Positions 60,643 to 64,000 of a stretch of DNA of 64,000 bases are shown piece by piece (position 1 is the first letter of the stretch; each line of letters starts with the position of its first letter). The notes beneath the pieces are model-generated. The model saw nothing but the letters and a program-made list of their open reading frames with translations. It did no database searches and had not been told where the DNA came from. The translations under genes were made by a program, and so were the position numbers. The DNA is taken from contig CAVTUQ010000022.1 in the NCBI GenBank assembly GCA_963737905.1, positions 64,001-128,000 on the forward strand, given 5' to 3'. This stretch comes from an uncultured delta proteobacterium (GTDB lineage Bacteria; Desulfobacterota; Binatia; UBA9968).

Positions 60643-61297
60643 TACAGAGGGTCCAGTGAAGAAAATTCTTATCGTCGAAGATAACAACGACTCTCGTGAG
60701 ATCATGAAATTATTCATAACAAAGCTGGGACATCAGAGCATAGCGGCCAAGAACAGCAATGAAGCGATCGCCTTCGCTGAGGCCGAAGGACCGGCCCTCA
60801 TTTTCATAGATATGCAACTACCGGATATTGATGGAATCAAGACAACCGCGATGCTTAAACAGAATCCGAAAACCGCTCACATCCCCGTCGTGGCACTTAC
60901 GGCGTGGATGTCAGCACTTTGCGAGGAAAAAGCTTTAAAAGTGGGTATTGTAACCTACTTGACAAAACCGGTCTCGCTCCAAATGTTAAAGGAGACAATC
61001 GAGGAACTTACTCACGGGTCACTTACCCGAGGCGAGGTGTGACTTTGAACCTTGCATTTTGTCTTGCCCTTTTTCTTGGTCTCGCTGTCGTTACGCAAGG
61101 CCAGGCCGAGGACTACTACTTTTACGAAGGCCCCAAGGGTGAGCTGTATCTCTAATAAGGAGCCGCCGCCAGGGAGCAAAATCATAAAGCGGCTGCCCGG
61201 CGTGACCCATAGGGAAGTTCCGCAAGCCCCAGAACCCGACAAGCTGCAGCCAAACGGACAGACGGAAAGCCCACCGAAATCGTCCAAGAACAAATAG
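60643..61297 (+). repeat. Near-identical copy of 28211-28844 (response regulator plus downstream secreted ORF)
   Basis: Long runs of identical DNA and near-identical translations. Confidence 0.92.
60656..61042 (+). CDS. Single-domain response regulator (paralog of 28224-28619)
   Basis: ILIVEDN, FIDMQLP, VALTA, KP. Confidence 0.92.
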   Translation: MKKILIVEDNNDSREIMKLFITKLGHQSIAAKNSNEAIAFAEAEGPALIFIDMQLPDIDGIKTTAMLKQNPKTAHIPVVALTAWMSALCEEKALKVGIVTYLTKPVSLQMLKETIEELTHGSLTRGEV

Positions 61298-61305
61298 ATC
61301 GCACG

Positions 61306-61518
61306 ATGAAGCACGTCTCATATCTTGACTATGTAATCACGGTCACGGCCAACAACGAAAAAGGAATGTGGCGACCGCATGTGATTATCACCTGGTACGC
61401 AGGAAAATTTGACTTGCATGATGACGTTACTTTCACAACTGAGACGGAAGCCGAGGAACACTCCATAGAGCTGGGAAAGCATTGGGTGAACAATCGCCTT
61501 CAGTCAATGCAAGGGTGA
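61306..61518 (+). CDS. Small hypothetical protein (Y..W..F-T-EAE..WV family)
   Basis: SYLDYVI...MWRPHV...FTTETEAEEH...GKHWVN. Confidence 0.65.
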   Translation: MKHVSYLDYVITVTANNEKGMWRPHVIITWYAGKFDLHDDVTFTTETEAEEHSIELGKHWVNNRLQSMQG

Positions 61519-62050
61519 AAGATGAAGCAAAGATCCGTGACGAAAGTTTGTCGGCAATGGTAAAGGCAGAGAGGGTCGCGATGTTTGTGATGTGTTGGCG
61601 CAGGGCTGCGTGCTTGACGTGGCGACGAACTGTGTGAGTGTTCATGGGACGTATATCGCCCTTGAGCCGTCTTTAGACGGAACGGAACCCACCGCCTTTA
61701 AGGCGGTGGTTCTCAGCGAGCATCCACGTGTCTTCCGCATTCAGCGGATCCGCTTTGGGATTGGTCGTCGGCATTTTTCTCGAAAGGCCCTCCTCGTGTC
61801 AGAAATCACGCCGCTCTGGGACCCAGGTAAACTCGGAGCCTATTCTACTCAGCGCATCGGGGGCGTCAAATGAAAAAAACGGAAGGGTCGAGACGTGAGG
61901 AAGGATAGGAGGTATTAGTACTCGGAAAGATATGATTTAATTTTGACCGGGTCGCGCTCCCGTGGTATGGTCGCGGCAATTTTCCGTTCGACAAAGCCCT
62001 GGGCTCAATTGGATCTACAGCGTCGGAGGAGTCGGTCAAAGGAGGGAATC

Positions 62051-63244
62051 ATGAAGCGCTTAAGTTTGACTTGCCTTTCAGTAGCGCTTACGCTTTTCGG
62101 ATTTAGCTCCGGAGGGATTGCTCAAACTATCAAGGTCGGCGCAGTGGTGCCCCTCACCGGGCGATACGCCGCCCTGGGCGCCCAAGTCCGGGCGGGTTAC
62201 GAGATCGCTGTCGAGCAGATCAACGCTGCTGGTGGAGTGAGCGTGGGTGGGAAGAAGATGCCACTGGAGTTGATCATGTTGGATGATGAGTCAGATCCCA
62301 CCAAGACGGTGGCGCGCCTGGAAACCCTGGCTACCCAGGGCGTTGTCGCGTATCTGGGCGGTGCCGGATCCGATCTTCACGCTGCGGCCGCTTCCATCGC
62401 GGATAAAAATAAGATTCCTTATCTCGGCATCGCCTTTGCCTTGAATGGCATTCACAAACAAGGGTTACGTTATCTTTTCTCGCCCTTTCCAAAGTCGCCG
62501 GACCTAGCGAAAGAGACGTTCGTCTTGCTCAACGCTTCGATCCCAGCAGCCCAACGACCCACCAAGGTTGCGCTTTTCCTCGAAAGGACGGACTGGGGCA
62601 AGGAGATGGGCTCGCTTTGGGAAAGTTTCGCCAAACAGAACAAGTATCAAGTGGTGTCGAGCGGGGAGTATGCACCCGGCGCCAAGGACTTCTCTGACTT
62701 GATTCTCAAAGCCAAATCGGCGGGCGCGGATGCGCTGTTTGCTCTTCCTTCCCCACCGGACGGCATGACTATCGTCAAGCAGATGAAGGAGTTGGATTTC
62801 AATCCTAGAGCTGTGGTTTTTATTCGGGCGGCCGATCCGCCGGTGTGGTCGCAGAACCTCGGGAAGGATGGCGATTATTTTCTACTCTCGCCAGGGTGGC
62901 ACTTCGCCGCGCGCTACCCCAAAGTGGCCGAGGTGAATGATGCGCATCAGAAGCGGTTCAATCGCCCGGCTGACCCGATTGTCGGTCCTTCCTACGCTTG
63001 CGTTCAGATCCTCGCCGATGCGATCGCTCGGGCCGGTAGCCTGGATCGCGACAAAATCCGCGACGCCATTGCCGCCACAAAGATGACAACTGTAGTTGGT
63101 CCGGTACGTTTTCGGCCGGATGGGACTGGCGAGGTCAAAGTCTTTTTCCAGCAATGGCTCAAAGGGAAGCAGGAATTGGTCTGGCCTAAAGAGTTTGCTA
63201 CGGCATCGTTTGTCTACCCTGCGCCACCGTTTAGTCAACGATAG
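62051..63244 (+). CDS. Branched-chain amino-acid ABC substrate-binding protein
   Basis: IKVGAVVPLTG.YA, DDESDP, DFS.LI.K.K, G.VRF. Confidence 0.93.
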   Translation: MKRLSLTCLSVALTLFGFSSGGIAQTIKVGAVVPLTGRYAALGAQVRAGYEIAVEQINAAGGVSVGGKKMPLELIMLDDESDPTKTVARLETLATQGVVAYLGGAGSDLHAAAASIADKNKIPYLGIAFALNGIHKQGLRYLFSPFPKSPDLAKETFVLLNASIPAAQRPTKVALFLERTDWGKEMGSLWESFAKQNKYQVVSSGEYAPGAKDFSDLILKAKSAGADALFALPSPPDGMTIVKQMKELDFNPRAVVFIRAADPPVWSQNLGKDGDYFLLSPGWHFAARYPKVAEVNDAHQKRFNRPADPIVGPSYACVQILADAIARAGSLDRDKIRDAIAATKMTTVVGPVRFRPDGTGEVKVFFQQWLKGKQELVWPKEFATASFVYPAPPFSQR

Positions 63245-63258
63245 CCGAGAGTTGTGTC

Positions 63259-63337
63259 ATTTTGAATTTTGGATTTCAGCCGAAGGACTGATCAGCCTCA
63301 GGCTAAGCCAATTCTGGATTAATCCAAAATCAAAAAT
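63259..63337. repeat. REP-like intergenic inverted repeat
   Basis: ATTTTGAATTTTGGATT ... AATCCAAAATCAAAAAT. Confidence 0.55.
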
Positions 63338-63340
63338 CTA

Positions 63341-64000
63341 GTGTCCCTTCTTACTCTCGATAAAATCTCGAAGGCTTTTGGTGGCGTTGCCGCTGTCAAA
63401 GATGTCAGCCTGGCCGTTGAGGCCGGCGAGATTCTCGGCGTGATGGGGCCAAACGGGTCGGGGAAGACAACCCTTTTCAATCTGGTTAGCGGCGCGCTCG
63501 TTCCCGATTCGGGCGAGATTCAATTCCTCGGCGAGCGCACGAACGGTCTTCCACCCCATCGGATCTGTCGCCAAGGTCTTGCCCGAACCTTTCAGTTGGT
63601 TCGGCCTTTTCTCGGCCTGACCGTCCTCGAAAATGTGCTGGTCGGCCTTGGTTATGGCCGGGAGCGGCTGTCCGGAACCGTCGCTCGCAACAAAGCAGCT
63701 GAACTGTTGATGTCGGTAGGCTTGGAGGGTCAGTCGAGCCGTCCCGCGCATACCCTCACCGTGATGGACAGGAAACGCCTTGAGTTGGCGCGCGCCCTCG
63801 GGACTGCGCCCAAGCTCTTGTTGCTCGACGAGTTCATGGCCGGGCTGACCCCGGCAGAGACTGGAGAGGCGATGATGCTTATCCGTCGGCTGCGGAGTCA
63901 AGGGCTGAGTTTGATCCTCGTGGAACACATCGTTTGGGCGTTGCTCGACCTGTCGGATCTTATCGTGGTCCTAAGCGCAGGAGAGAAGATTGCCGAAGGC
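63341..64000 (+). CDS. Branched-chain amino-acid ABC ATPase (LivG-like), runs off the right edge
   Basis: Manual translation from GTG: KAFGGVAAV, GPNGSGKT, RTFQ, LLLDE, LVEH. Confidence 0.92.
   Translation, partial: MSLLTLDKISKAFGGVAAVKDVSLAVEAGEILGVMGPNGSGKTTLFNLVSGALVPDSGEIQFLGERTNGLPPHRICRQGLARTFQLVRPFLGLTVLENVLVGLGYGRERLSGTVARNKAAELLMSVGLEGQSSRPAHTLTVMDRKRLELARALGTAPKLLLLDEFMAGLTPAETGEAMMLIRRLRSQGLSLILVEHIVWALLDLSDLIVVLSAGEKIAEG

Noticed and set aside
28224-61042. Diversity-generating retroelement template/variable repeat
   Set aside because: No reverse transcriptase in the window, and differences between the duplicated copies are not adenine-specific.
1-64000. CRISPR array or cas genes
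   Set aside because: No regularly spaced repeat-spacer array or cas motifs seen; the 55700-55797 repeat is coding and has no spacers.

Overview
Bacterial genomic DNA. Gene content and style suggest a soil Deltaproteobacteria/Ca. Binatia-like organism, but this is inference only. Frequent single-base indels in otherwise conserved genes look like long-read errors, so pseudogene calls are provisional. Layout: (1) 1-14135, the 3' part of an aryl-polyene/flexirubin-type type II PKS/FAS cluster with an aromatic amino-acid ammonia-lyase; (2) 14.2-18.9 kb, an accessory patch with an ISL3; (3) 19-32.9 kb, the run tRNA-Ser(TGA), tRNA-Ser(GCT), tRNA-Arg(ACG), tadA, tRNA-Ser(CGA), spread apart by an ABC transporter, catabolic genes and small regulators; (4) 32858-42539, a ~9.7 kb element integrated in tRNA-Ser(CGA) between 58-bp att repeats. 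It carries a tyrosine integrase, primase/helicase-like genes, a MerR-type HTH, a GtrII-like glycosyltransferase and small plus large terminase, with no recognisable capsid, portal or tail genes, so it is phage-satellite-like; (5) 42.5-61.9 kb, a mosaic with a LigD-type ligase split into two fragments ~13.4 kb apart, a HEPN gene, an IS21, BON/YihY/YSC84/DUF2141 genes, sigma54-type promoters, a recurring GGTGAC inverted-repeat motif and at least three families of paralogous small proteins; (6) a branched-chain amino-acid ABC transporter at the right end. The best candidates for something undescribed are the terminase-only satellite and the recurring motif/small-protein island modules.
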